DNA of 63,266 nucleotides, filler included. It is 6 parts of 6 records of this genome, joined end to end, with 100 filler letters (N's around TTAATTAATTAA, not from the genome) between each part and the next. Parts side by side here need not be neighbours in the genome. Positions count along the whole stretch, not along the records: positions 6,347 to 15,251 come from SRR2962707_3568; positions 15,352 to 25,374 come from SRR2962707_3569; positions 25,475 to 38,398 come from SRR2962707_3571; 3 more parts are not named here. One strand, written 5' to 3'. Below the pieces are notes generated by a model. That model saw only the letters and a list, made by a program, of their open reading frames with translations. It made no database searches and was not told the origin of the DNA. Both the position numbers and the translations under genes were made by a program. This document shows, piece by piece, positions 12,325-25,664 of the stretch (positions are counted from its first letter, which is position 1; each line of letters starts with the position of its first letter).

Positions 12325-14790
12325 TTAAGCATGGACGCCATGACGAGGATGTTTCTTTCCGTTGTGGTGAAGCTCATACTCTCGGTCACGAATTTTCATC
12401 TTGAGTATACGACGCTCGTCTGCGGTTTTGGTCTTGCGCAATCCATCGTGATACGAAAGTAGCTCAGGGTCTGACTCATGAAGCATGTCGTTGTATTCGA
12501 GGCGGTGAAAGCCCAAGTCAGGGCGGTGCACGTCGTCGAAATGGCCGGCTTCGCGAGCTCGATCACGGTGTTTGTCATAAATCTCTTCGACTTCGTGCCG
12601 AAGCTGGGACTGATATACAACGCAAAGCAACAGAAGCGAAATTAACAGTGGGCTGGAAAGCACATGAACTCGACATATTCACGAAATCACACGGTAGCCA
12701 TGCGCCGATCATGTTCAAACTCATTCCACCTCAGGTTTCAACAAGAACTCACCAGCTCCTGCTCATCAGTAGTCACGTGGATTTTCTCACGAATTTCCTG
12801 AATCAATGCCTGCTCATCTTCGGGCATTCCGTGAAGCCTGCGACGGTGCATCAATGTCTCCATGCGTTCATTGTACTCGTGACGAAGGATGGCCCGCTCA
12901 GTGCGGTTGTGCCTAAAATTGACACAACAAGAGGGTAAGTCACTACAAGAAAAGCCACCCTAACGCAGAGCAAGGAAGTACAGAACACGCATGCTGCTCG
13001 AGTGCGAATGCCCGTTTAAAAAAATCACGCACGTGTGGTGCACTTTCTCGTACAGTTCACGAAGTTTCACACGTTCTTCAATTGTACCTACAAGACCAAG
13101 AAAAACAGCCTCAGCGCCAACGATACTCACCACAGCGCCAGCGCGAGTCGTGAGCAAAAATACAAACCCTCGCTGTCGATCGGTTTGTAAAGCATGTGGT
13201 GATGCTCTTTCGCAGCTTTAATCTTTTCTTTGAGCTCAGTCTCGCGATCTTTTAATCGATGAAGCTCCTCGGAATGCAAGTGCATCGCCTCAGCATATCG
13301 TTCTGGTTCCGCATGACGATCAATGTGCGAGCCCCCGCCGAAGTCAATTGACAAGATCTGGTGCTTCCATCTAACTTCATGCGCTTCGTTGATCCATTCG
13401 ACCACCTGCCAACCAAAACCCCCATCACAGCAAAGAATTCACCTCCACGGTCATGTCAGTGACAATCCCGTCCAAACAGGTCCAACAGTGCTGTTACCTG
13501 GTCGAATTCTTCTTGAGGCATGCCCCAGTCCAGATAGTCGACCAGACGGTTCACGGAAGTCAGTTGATGCAGGAGCAGCTTAATTTCTCGTTCCTAATTG
13601 TTGCACATGCCAAGTTACGAAGAGTTATGCAAAGGAATGCCGCTGTGAGCCCCGATACACTGCACTTGCAGGCAACCAACAACTCTTGACTTTGAAACGC
13701 GCCTCTTGCGAATGCTCTCCATAAAGGTGAATCGCGTCTTGGTGCTCTTCTCTCAGCTCTTCGATCTCCCAGTGCAGATAGTCGTAGGCCTCCGACGGAT
13801 GCGGAACGCCGTCTTTCTCACGCTGTGTGCCCCAGTATCCCAGCTCTTCATCTCGATGATGTTTAGGCTTATTTCGCCGCGGGTGGATGGACTTGATCCC
13901 GTGCTTTTCCTTGTACCTGACAGTCAAGCGAATGTATTGAGCACAGTATTGAAAAAAAGTACCACTGGTTGCTTCAGGCTATGGATTCGCAGCCTACAAG
14001 CGAGCATCTTGAAAAAACCAGCTGCAGTTACGTACTCTCGAAGTTTCTTGCGATGTTGGTAAGTTCTCTCTCGCTTTTCCTTCTGATGCTCCTCGTGATC
14101 TGGGTGTGTTGGGTCCTTTCGTTCATCTCTTTCATCAAACTTAACGCCAGGGTGCTCGAAAACTCCGTCGTGCATCTCCCAGTGTGGATCGATATGCAAC
14201 GGTGGGTCGAAGTGCACATGCCCGAACCCTGTGTGGTTGACGGGACCAAGACGAAGCGGGCCCTCGCGTCCAAGGCGTGTCTTCGGGTGGACGTACATTT
14301 CCTCCGTATCCACTTTTCCAGGCGGTAGTGGCGCCTTCTCATCGAGGTGGGCCTCACCGTGCTTCTCCATATTCTGCGCAGCAGTTTCACGGGCCTTGGC
14401 GTGAAGCTCGTCATGGAAGGACTGCGGTTTGCCTCCCGCGTGAACTCGTTCGTGGTGGCTTTCAGCCTGCAGCTCTGTCAAGGGCTCCGGTCCATCGCCC
14501 TTGGTGTGGCCGTGGCCTTTCATGCGCCCAACATTTTTCACGACTGGGACATGCTTGCCAGGCCCAGCCTTTGCGGCAGCCTCGAACTCCTCCATCGTAT
14601 CGAAGACGCCCAGAATTTTCTCACTCGAGGCTGCGCTCGCCCCACTTTCCGCACTGGCCGCAGCAATTTCACCACCTGACGGACGGTCACCGCTGATGTC
14701 ACGCAACTGTGCATGAGCCACTTGCGCACCACCGAGCAGAGCAGCACTGGTGAGCACGCCCGCGACACCAACACAGAGGTGCTTCAACAT
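12325..14790 (-). CDS. Multi-exon His/Glu/Arg-rich secreted protein with helical repeats
   Basis: Signal-peptide-like MLKHLCVGVAGVLTSAALLGGAQVAHA from the ATG at 14790; successive minus-strand ORFs share the His-rich composition; stop at 12325. Confidence 0.7.
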
Positions 14791-15225
14791 CGTCGCGGCA
14801 GTGCGCTGCTTGCAGACACAAGATCGATTGTTCTCGAGCGACGAACGACGACAGCAGGAGCAACAGTCTTCAAAGCGCAGCGCCTCCCGCGTGTTTTGCA
14901 CAAGAAGAGAAGGAACGAAGGAGAACACAGAATGTTACCTTTTTCTTCACTTTATTTCAGCGCCCCCCTCTCGCTTTCTTCTCCCACGCTCAGTCCTTCC
15001 TTTTCCTCTCCACCGAATCCTCCTCGACGACAACGATCGCGGTCTCTTCCCTGCTGCGTTCAAGGCACCGCTTCTCTCACAAGCAGCAGTCGGTCAGTCA
15101 GTGGTTCGTCCGTCCGTCAGCGAAACTTGACGAAAGAGGACAGGATAGATAACCCACCGTAGCAGAGACACGCTCTCTCGAGAAGGCGACAGACGAGGGC
15201 GAAAGCAACGTTCCCCGCCCGACGC

Positions 15226-15251
15226 AGACAGACAGACAGACAGACAGACAG
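15226..15251. repeat. (CAGA)n microsatellite at contig end
   Basis: cagacagacaga... adjacent to the gap. Confidence 0.9.
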
Positions 15252-15351
15252 NNNNNNNNNNNNNNNNNNNNNNNNNNNNNNNNNNNNNNNNNNNNTTAAT
15301 TAATTAANNNNNNNNNNNNNNNNNNNNNNNNNNNNNNNNNNNNNNNNNNNN
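15252..15351. other. Artificial contig spacer 2
   Basis: N-run with TTAATTAATTAA linker. Confidence 0.98.
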
Positions 15352-18300
15352 GCGGCGGCGGCGGCGGCTGCTGCTGCTGCTCCACTTTCACGGTCAGGTT
15401 CTGCAACTGCGCTTCACGTGAAGACAATCACGGTTGCTGACACACCAGTCGATGCAGCAGCATCGCTGAATGTGAAAATGGTGGGCTCACCCCGCTCTCC
15501 TCTGGCGTCGCCGCGTGTGGTGTCCCCCCGGCCAGCGATTGTCAGAGGCGGCAACACCGCACGGCGTGACGCGTCTTTGAAGCTTGCCAAACCGTCGCGG
15601 CATCCGCGAAGCCGCGCTAGTGGCGGAGGCAAGGCTGACAAGACGAATGGAAGCGCTCGCGCATCTGGAAACCGTAGGACGAGAAAGACCTTGGGCAAAC
15701 GAAAGAGCAGTGCGGGCAGTCACATGGTTGCACCGTCCTCTCCGTCGACCTCAACGGATTTTTCGTCGGCGTTGTCCACCACGTCAGCTTCAAAGTTTGT
15801 GTTTCAAGCAACTGCCTCTGAACTTCTCTCGAGAAAGCAGCCTTTCGCGTTTGGAGAGGTGGACGGGCTAGACTCGCGCTATGCCCTTGCTGCCCACAAT
15901 CACGGCGGAGATTCAATTACACCCGGGCGCCACTCGCCCACGAGTGGCATTGCAGCGGCAGCGACGGCGGCGACTTCGCCACGTAGTCCCGCTGCACCTG
16001 CTGCTTCTGCCTCCGATCTTTCCACACCAAGAACTGCGGTAGTCGCTGCTACTACAAACGAGGTGGCGGAACGGCCGGACCGAGCCTCACATTCATATCT
16101 CGAGTCGGGCCAAGGAAAGCGAATCAGAGATCGAGTGAAGTCGCTGCTCGACCTTTCAGAGCGCCGCTCCGCAGATGAAGGTAGGGCATGCGACGATTCG
16201 ACTGCAGCAGCACGAGAAGCATGCAAAAACTCAGTTGCAGATTCGGCATCTGGGGTCCAAGCCCACCAGCAGCGCCGGGCTGGCCGAAATTCGTCAGTCG
16301 GAGACCGCATTGACCAACAACGCCGGCGCTTGAAGGTCAGCTTAAATCTTACTGGAAGAAAAACTTCTGCAGTGCGGGGGCTTCTGTCCCCGAGAAGCCC
16401 CGGCAGTGCACCCAGTGGGGATAGCCCGACTGCCCAAGAGCAGCGCCTGCACCGCCAAAACGGTTCAGGACGTGACTTTCGATCTTCGTCGGCTCCTGTC
16501 ACCGGGTCACCACGAAGTAGTGGCGGTTCAGGGCTTATGGGCACCGCAACGGCAGCTGTTGCTGCACAACGCCCGCTTCAAAAAGTGCGGCAGTCGACGA
16601 GGCAGCAAAAGCAGGAGCAGCGGCAGAAAAAACAGGACCACCAGACCATTCAACAACAAATGTCCCATCCTCGGCCGCGTTCTGGAAAAATTGTTGAAGT
16701 CGATCTCAGCTCCGCTGGAACAGGCTCGAAGCGTGCTGGGGCAATTGGCCATGGCGTACACCACCACCATCACCATCACCACAGCCAACGACAGAATCGG
16801 AAGCCTGGATTGGAACCGAGTGCCAGTAGCGACGCACTTGCGCTGAAACCAGCGGACGATACTATTGGTACCACCGTGGCTTTCCCACTACAAAGAGACG
16901 TCGCAACCACGTGTACTTTGGGTCCGGGCTTTGCGTTTCGTTCCGATGCGGGCGGTAGCGCCCTTGGAGAAGACAAAACATCTCAAGAAAGTGCACTGCG
17001 CAGCAGTCTTCGTCGAAAGACGAGTTTCGAATCTGCAGCAAAAGCCGTGCTCACAGCACGTCCGACCCATTCAGTTGTCGGAGAAAGAAAGACGGATTTT
17101 GAAGCGGGTGGCTCAAGTGGCACATTTCGACGAAGTGCTCCTAAGCCTTCTACGTCAGCCAAAACACAGGGCACCATCGCTGTAGCTCGTGACAACGATC
17201 ATCTCTCTCGCAGCGAGTCGCTTGCAAGTCTTAAGTCTCAATCCTCGCCTGCGACGACAAAGAGGTCAGTGAAGCACTCTCAAAGCGATTTGACGGGCAG
17301 CTCGCTTCAAGCTGCCAAACCGCAAGACCGTGCTAGTATTGTCAAGTCTAACACAAATCAGCTCAGCCAGGACTCGTCGACACTGCTAGTTGCTCCAAAA
17401 TCTTTTGCAACACCCAACAGCGAATCACTACGAACAATGCCACGCGGTTCATCAACAGCAGAGCATGCGGACGCAGTCAACAAAACGCCAAACAGCGGGA
17501 CAAAGGGGAGACGCCGTAGTGGCAGCGGAACTGCCACTTCGCGCGCACGTTCTCGTTCCGGGTCCGGAAATGCAACGCGGCTGCTGTCAAGGTCGAGGTC
17601 TCGTTCGCGGAGCCGATCACGCGGTCGCAGTGCATCCAGAGGTGCGTGGCGCTTCCGATCGCGTTGGGCTTTCCTCATGCGTTTGAGTGACGAACTACAA
17701 TGGTAGGTTGTATCTCACAGTGGATTTTTCATAGGCCAACCGTCACCGCCCATTCGAAGCCTCAATCTTAGCCCAGCGGATCTTTTCTGCGTGGGTGTGG
17801 AGAAGGCCATTGATGCCGCCGTCGGGCATCTGACCGACGATTCTCTTGCTACAGACGATTTTGTGACTGTGGTAAATGCACTGAATACCCTCACAGGTAC
17901 GCTCCGGTGTCATTGGATGCTTCGGTATCATTTTGAAAACTGCTTTGTATTGCTCGCGCGATGTGACTTGAATGCATTGGCTGACAGCCAAATGGAACGG
18001 GTCGCTACGAGTGATGCGTGGGAATGCAGTGTGGCCCTCCGTCGAACGGCTTCAAGACCTTGCAGTGGCAATAGTAAAGTATGTGTGTAGTTTTGTGCCA
18101 TCTGCAGACATAATGACACAGCAACTGAAAATAATATCATTCTCAATATTGGGGTTCTAACGGTTGAACCACAATTGACGTTGCACCACTTAGGTACGTT
18201 CGCAAAGTTGGAATCTGCACTTTAACAGCATCTCGCATGGAACCTCGGCTCAAAACGTTCAGGCTCTGCTGCGAAGTTCTCCGCAAGTGCTACTCTCACT

Positions 18301-21300
18301 ATCAGGTCAGTCTCACTCGATTCTCACTGACCGGTATGCGTGCGCTCGGTTACTCGCGCTCCATTTTGGTACCGATCCTTCCTGTACCCACGCGTGTGCA
18401 GACCAAGGACCCGAAAGAACAGCCGCTGACTCCTCGGTCGCATACAAACCGTGAGCGAATGCTTAAGGATGCCACCGGCCAGGTTGTGAGCAAAACCGTC
18501 AAAAATGGAGGCAGTGGGGGAACTCGGTTCTTTTCTGAAATACTTCGAGCTGCTCCTGGCAAAGATGAGCTTGTGGTAACGTGCTGCAGTGCAATGCGGA
18601 TACTGGCCGACCACGAAAAGCGCATTGATCGTACAGTTCGGCTTGATCGGACCATGGACAGATTGTTACAGCTGGCATCGCATTCAACCGCTACCAGCTT
18701 GGCTGGCAAAAAATTAGGTGCGATCGAACTCTGCTGCTCATCGCCTACAGTCTCCGGCTGTCAGCTTTGCAGTGGACTTACTGTTCTTTTTGTATTGTGT
18801 TTGTACCGATCCGCCGCAGGAACCAAAAAAGCAGTGCTCGACCTGATGTATGAGTATTGTCGCCGGAGCGACTCGAACCGAAACACCTGTACCAAATCAA
18901 AATCCATCATGCAGATTCTCTTGAACCACGGGAATAGCGGATCTGCCAGTCTGAATCTTCCGTTGGAACTTTCTGCGCTTGCTTTGTTGCAGTTGCTGCT
19001 CAAAAAGAATGTAAAATTTTGTGTGGCCGTCTGCAAGAATGGAGAGGGTACGATTTTGTTTGCTTTGCGCAACCATCGGCTTTTGGAAATGTGGCGCCAT
19101 TTTGATTCGCATGCGGTAATTGCTGCTTCAGGTCCGGCCATCAATCTTATTTCGGTGCTTCTGAAGTTGATCAAAGCGCATCGATCAGAGCCCAACTACA
19201 TTGCTGCTGTCCTCGGGTGTCTTGCCGCCTGCGTGACTCCGGCTGCAAATGCTAAATTTTGCTTGGCTGACTCGGGAGGAGCAACAAGTGGGCTACCATG
19301 CTCAGCGCCTGGCAATCCAATATTTTCCTCCGTTATCGCTGTGTTGCAAACCAACAAAATTCACGCGCACCTCGCATGCTTGAGCCGAGGGCTGGAAGTT
19401 TTGCACTGCATTCTACACCGCAGGAAGCGGAATGCCCGTGCTCTGATCAGCGGTGACGCTACTGCAGATGTCAGCACCCTACTTGGTGGGCTTGTGAACC
19501 AAGACAAGCTGGGGGCGATGCCGTTTGTGGTTCAGAACAACTTGTGGCAGGTACCAGTGCAGACAAACCCACTGCATGTGAAAAATTCCACAGGCAGTGA
19601 CGGCCCTGGTGTCAGCAGTACCAAGCGCGTGTTTGAGAATCTATTCCCGGAGAGCTTTTGTGACGACTTGACGTTGCAGTCGTTGGGTCTCGAGCGCATT
19701 TCTGGCAAATCGTCGGACGTTGCAGACCGGCCCCAGACGGAACAAGGTGCTCCACATTCGGCAGATGGGGCACCTCGAAGTGGGGTTGACTCGGAAACAG
19801 AGAAGCCCGGACAAGATGGTACAGCAGTTCTTGGATTTTTTTTCTTCCAATTGCGGATGTCTGCATGAAAGCGTGGTTCTCGTGTGTTTGCTAAGTTGCG
19901 TTGGCGACCCGACCAGGTGACGTCTCTGCCAATTCCGATTGCCGTGGGCGCTTCGAAACATCCCCGGAGCGCTGCACAGGATCTGGAGTTGCTGTAGTCC
20001 CAACGCTGGACGGTATGTGCATTTGCACAATCGACCGAAACGTTTGTACCGTGCCACCAGATTTTGGACCCGGTACTGTCGCAGCTGAGCGAGAGCCGCT
20101 CGGGCACGTTGCATGACATTTATCGCTTGCTCTCGAGTGTTCCTGGTGGGTTGTGACCAACCTGGTGCTCAATGGTTGTGTTTTGTTTTCCACTGTTCAT
20201 GCGCCAGGTATCCTCCCTGCTGGGTGGAACAGTACGTCGATGCATTTTGTTGCCTTGTTCACAGATGTGCGCCTCAGCCGTCAATTTGGAATAACACACC
20301 GCTCACACGCAATCCGCGCCCTGGTGCTGTAGGTACGGTGGCGGCACCAACACTGGACCTGACGAAGCTACCATCGCTGTGGTCGCTGGTGGAAGCAGCA
20401 ACGCCAACGATGATGTCGAAACAGACACACCCGTGAGCCTGCTGTCAGCGGCAGCTGCGGAGTATGGCATAAGTGAAAATGGAGACGTGAATGTGTCCGG
20501 ACACCGCGAAGCAACTGCTAGCACTGGCAGGTCTCCAGAAGCGACTGTGTGTACAGGTCTGAAAAAGAAAAGTGTGCAAGTACCTCGGGCACTACGAACA
20601 CATGCCCGTTCTGCTAGCTCAATCGTGATGCTGAAGTCAGCTCGCGAAGCGGAGCTCCAAGGGCAAGAATTGAAAGAGAAACAGGCCCTGTTGCAGCGAT
20701 TGATTGAACCTGAATCCACACGAGCGGAACTGATTTTTGCGTTTGGGAAGCGCGTTTCAAAGTGAGTAAATGTGTATGTTGACTTTGGTGTGTCGTGCTA
20801 GCAGAATCAACGTTGGTTGGACAGCTGGAAATCCCGCGAGCGCAGCAGCCGATCGTAAATCACCAAACGGAACTGACTTCCGACTTTTTGTTGTTGTTGA
20901 TCACTGCGGCGTCCTCGTCGCTAGATACCTCGGACGGCCTAGGCAGTCCAATAAGCCAATTGCCTCCGATGATGAAATGCCCGCGATGACCCAGAAAGAG
21001 AGTGCAGAAGAAACAGATGCATCACACGACATGCACAGCACGCCATCTGCACAGACGGTTCCGATGCTAGAGTTCAGCAACAATTTTGAATGTGCAAACC
21101 TGAGCTGCGTTATGCGTGTCCGAGATGCTGAGTACGATATCACGCTCTGGCGTGACTACAACACGTGCGTATGGTCAACACTGCTTGTGCTGTGGCGACG
21201 AACAGTGCACCGAACTTGAGCTATGTTGAAATTGATTTCACACATTCATGCAATTTTTCGGTTGCGCCAGATCCTCACATACACAATGGTTCTATTTTTC

Positions 21301-24035
21301 TGCCGGAAACATCCGCAAGGGTGTCGAGTACAAGTTCAACATTGTCAATTTCGTAAAAAAGACGTCACTTTTCCAGTCAGGGATGCGGCCGCTCTCCTTT
21401 TCCGTAAAGGAAAGTGGCAAGACCCACCGAGTGGTCGTTCCAGGGACAAGCGAACACGAGGAAGCTAGAGAACACGCCATTCAAACGCCCACCGTCTCTG
21501 ACCGCCAACGCGTTTCTGAAACCACCGATGGAAAATTACCCGCGCAAAAATCACCAGACCCACCGAAACCACGATGGGTGCGGTGTGGGACAAATATATG
21601 CTACTATAACAACTGCTTCATGGTTCCTGACCGCGACACTGCTTCGTCGATAGCGAAGAAGGGCGTTAATTACCTGTCGACGCTGACCTTCACATACCGT
21701 GGCCTTCACGACGATGACACAGTCTTCTTCGCTTACTCGTTCCCTTATACGTACGTTTTCAATGAGTGAACGGTCAACGATTATCTGGGAATTTTTTGCT
21801 ATGTGTGGCTGGTCCAACTTTTGCCTGCTTCCGCTACTGCTGCAATATTTTCTGGTCATTGTCAATGTGATGGTCGTGCCAGATATTCTCAAATGCGGCG
21901 AGAGCTGAAGATCCTCGCGGAAGAGCATCGACCCATCATGCTTGTCACAGAGCTTTGCAAAACGTTGCTCGGAAATTCGGTGAGCCGAGTGAAAGAGCCG
22001 TTCCCAAGTCTTGAATGCGTGGCTTTTCAGCCCAAGTGTTGGATTGTCGCTTGAATTTTCGCGTGTTTGGTTTGCAGGTGCCCCTTTTGACGATCTCTGA
22101 AGGCGTAAGATCGCTGCGTAAACGGCCTTTTGACGTGCCGATGACCCAAAGTGCTCTGGAAAAATCTCCTTCTGCGTCCGCCCCCGCGGAGACACATGCA
22201 ACCAGCAATTGGGGCGGCATGTCTCGCGAACTAGATCACGATGAAGCTCGGCCCGGCTTTCGCAAGCGCCAGTACGTCTACTGTGTACAGTCCATGTCGG
22301 CGCCCTGTTGACCAGGTCCTTGAAGATAGCTTTGACCTGCGGACCTGTCCTCTGCCCGTGCAGATATGTTGTCGTGTCGGCTCGAGTGCATCCCGGAGAG
22401 ACTCCGGCGTCTTGGATGATGCGAGGTTTTCTCGGATTTTTGGTGTCGAGTGCACCTGCAGCATCGATATTGCGACAACGCTTCATATTCAAGGTGACCT
22501 TTTGCGGGGCTAAGCGTGCTCGTGGCATGCAGTATGAACAAGTGTAGTTCCAGCTTTGATCACTCGACAACTGTTTTGTGCGTGATCAGGTCATCCCAAT
22601 GCTGAATCCCGACGGCGTAATTGTCGGAAATCTACGATGCAATCTGCTCGGTTACGACATGAACCGCTGTTGGACCCGTCCAAGTGCTGCGATGCAACCT
22701 CCAGTTCATTGGGCGCGGCGTCTGATTGGTATGCTTACACTTCTTTGTCAGATGCCCCGAAACCGACACCTGTCTCCACGTCTGACATTTTTTGCTCGTG
22801 ATTGGATGCAAATATGAAGGGCACATTGTGAGAGCAAGTCCGAACAGAGGCACGAGCGGAGTGGAGGTTGTGGCGCCACCACTTGCTCCTCCCCCCGGCC
22901 TAGGTGCGTGTTTTTGCCACCGGGAACGCGCAATGCCAAGCTTGTCGCGAGTGTCTTGTTATTGCTGAACGTGGGTAGTCCGGTGATTGGACGTCTTGTA
23001 TTTCTTTGTAGGGCCGCTCGCTGGGGAAGGTCTTCTTCTGTTCACAGATTTTCACGCGCACAGTCGCAGTGAAAATATTTTTATGTACGGTTGTGACTAC
23101 CAACCGCCTGGCTGTGGAGCTCCAGAACGTGTTCTACCTCTGTTGCTGTCACAAACTGCGCGGCAATTTTCCTTCTCGCACTCTGCCTTCAATCATGCCA
23201 GCAAGGCAAAGGCAGACTGCGCTCGAGTAGCGTTGTGGCGTGACTTCGGGATCACCATGAGTTACACGATGGAGGCAACATTCAGCGGCGGCGACTTTGG
23301 AGGAACGCGGCCTGTGCATTTTCGCTCACGGGAGTTTGAAGAGATGGGTGAAATATTCGGCCACCGTTTGCTGGATGTTGGCGGGGGTGTAGGCCCAACC
23401 ACGGCCGGAGGAGGTATTTGATCCTTTCGTGGGTTTTCTGGTGATTCGATTCACATTCCACGTTTCGTGTGTACTAGCATCAACGCGGTTTTGACGCCAT
23501 GTGTTCGACTGTGTTTGCATTTTGTTTGACCCCTGCGACAGGGCCTCCCTGTGTTGGCCCGGCGTTCGGAGGCTGCTTGCCGGAAGACGAGGCGTTGTTC
23601 GACGACGACTTTGGCATTACGCATGCTGTTCGCCGAGCGCTCGAGGATCTTGTTGACAGTGACCCGAAATTGTTCACTCGGCTGCGCAGCAAGCGTGGCG
23701 GACGCAGACCGTCCTCGGCATCTCCAACGCGCCGACGACCTGGCTCTGCACGCCCAGTGTCTGCTTCTGTACGGCAGTCGAGGCCAAGCTCGGCTGCCGA
23801 AACGAGTGTTGCCGGCATGGACGTGATGGAAAATTGCAGATTATCGTCGTCACTAGGCTCCCCTCGAGCTGTAAGTCGCGCAGACTTGGAATTTCCGGCA
23901 CCCATTGACGAGGCGTCGCCCCTGGGTGGCGACACTGAATTCAGTGCCGAGACTGCCTCTGTGGCAGACGCCATTGATCTCGAGTGTGGCAGCGATGCAG
24001 TAAGTGACTCCGAAAACGGTCTGTACGTTGTATAA
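15352..24035 (+). CDS. Cytosolic carboxypeptidase (M14D, CCP1/AGTPBP1/Nna1-like tubulin deglutamylase) with long disordered N-terminus and ARM-like region; multi-exon, 5' truncated
   Basis: [10 protein letters not shown] (FESGNL-like), [19 protein letters not shown], zinc motif [31 protein letters not shown], catalytic SYTMEATF, all in order across GT-AG introns; helical ARM-like ORF at 18237-19868. Confidence 0.85.
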
Positions 24036-24111
24036 AAATAAGTATGTGCAATTGTAATGTGTATGTTTCAACATATACTTCCAAGACCTGAAAAAAGTGT
24101 GCCAGAGTATC

Positions 24112-25195
24112 TTAGTACAGCAGTCCAGGCTTAGGCACGCAACCAGGGTGTTCACACGAGAAGATGGAGGCATCCAATTCCCAAGGGTTTCCGGCCCAGA
24201 GCGCCCACGACGTGTGATCCTCAACTTCGCACCCCGAGTTCGGGTGTACGAGAATCTGGATCGAGGGTGTATAAAACAGTTCAAAGAAACGTCGGCAATC
24301 AAATGCTCGAATGAAGCATGCAGACACAAGCACCAGTCACAACGCGCCACGTTCGTACATCAAGTTTTCCGCGGTTTTGGACTGCGAATCCCCAGGCATC
24401 TGTGAGCAGTGGCTGAGTCAACCAACACAACCACACACACGCACATTGCGTGGATTCACCCCCACCAATACGTCAGCACTGGCGCTTTACAACAAAGAGT
24501 TTGACGCATAAACCGGAACAGTGTTGCCAAAACATGACTATTGTTCGCTGACAGCAGCAAACGACGTACACGCGGCACGAAAAACGAGTACTGGGCAGTC
24601 AGGAATGGCCCAGCCGGCTCCCAGTCGACCTCAAATGCACAGATCTCCGTCACGTTCGCAGCTGGATCACCGGCCTGAAACGTGCAATTCGGCTTCCCCA
24701 CCAGGTCTACACATACGAATAATGCCAGCACAACAAAACAACACAGGCCTGATGCACCCCCATCATCGTCATGACGATGCACCGCCCCTGCTCTACACTA
24801 GCCCTAGCAGCTCAACGGGGGAAGCACCGAACCGAACCGAACGGAACCGAACCAAACCGGAACGAGACGGGAAAGAGAACGAACGAACAAACAATAACCA
24901 GCGTCGACAGGTGCCACGCGCTCAGCCACGCACCGAACGCTTCAATGAAATCTGCCTGCAGCTTCATCGCGGCCGCGGTTGAGTCGTTATTAGAAGGCCA
25001 AAACAGCACATGCACATGATATGACAGCAGCGGGATGTTGTTTTCAGCGGCACTACTACACGCTGTCCCAGAGTGGGGGTGAGCGGCCACGGCCACACGC
25101 TGGCCACTGCTCAGGCAACTCAGCGCCAGAAAGAAGAAGGTGTAGAACGCGGAGGAGCGAGCGCCGCTCACAGACCCCTTTGCGAACAGCAGCAT
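24112..25195 (-). CDS. DOPA 4,5-dioxygenase (DODA)-like protein with hydrophobic N-terminus; spliced
   Basis: YHVHVLF, PAGPFLTAQYSFFVP and VHPNSGCEVEDHTSWALWAG...LD match the YHxHxY / GP / HP..G..DH...W.G pattern of this family. Confidence 0.7.
24827..24863. repeat. Degenerate (CCGAA)n pentanucleotide microsatellite, intronic
   Basis: ccgaaccgaaccgaacggaaccgaaccaaaccggaac. Confidence 0.75.
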
Positions 25196-25374
25196 CTTTG
25201 TGCGAAGCGGCACCGGGGCGGCGAGTGAAGCGTCGACAATTAGATCGCCTCACGAGAGAACGGGAGAGGGCGCGGGCTGCTGGCTGTGTGAAACAACCCA
25301 CCGTCCGTCCGTCCGGTCTGGAGGAAAGATAAGAACAACGGAAAAGGAGGAGGAGGAGGAGAAGAAGGAGGAGG

Positions 25375-25474
25375 NNNNNNNNNNNNNNNNNNNNNNNNNN
25401 NNNNNNNNNNNNNNNNNNTTAATTAATTAANNNNNNNNNNNNNNNNNNNNNNNNNNNNNNNNNNNNNNNNNNNN
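25375..25474. other. Artificial contig spacer 3 (eukaryotic to bacterial contig boundary)
   Basis: N-run with linker; gene structure changes from intron-containing to dense operonic. Confidence 0.98.
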
Positions 25475-25475
25475 T

Positions 25476-25607
25476 ATCGCTCCTGATCATGTGCATGAAG
25501 ATGCAGATACGATTGAGCATGTTATAACTCCGGAATTGGAAGCAAGGCTAGAAAAGTTACTGGAATACCCAACCGAAGATCCGCATGAATCTATCATTCC
25601 AAAATAA
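25476..25607 (+). CDS. C-terminal fragment of a DtxR/MntR-type metal-binding/dimerisation domain (5' truncated)
   Basis: Translates IAPDHVHEDADTIEHVITPELEARLEKLLEYPTEDPHESIIPK*, with typical EH and DPH motifs; lies upstream of a metal permease. Confidence 0.8.
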   Translation: MAPDHVHEDADTIEHVITPELEARLEKLLEYPTEDPHESIIPK

Positions 25608-25664
25608 GATGAAGCAGAAAAAATTGATCATTATTAATCATCAATTATCAATTACCAATTGATC

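Noticed and set aside
25374-25475. Bacterium-to-eukaryote gene transfer junction
   Set aside because: The two sequences are separated by an artificial spacer and are not contiguous.
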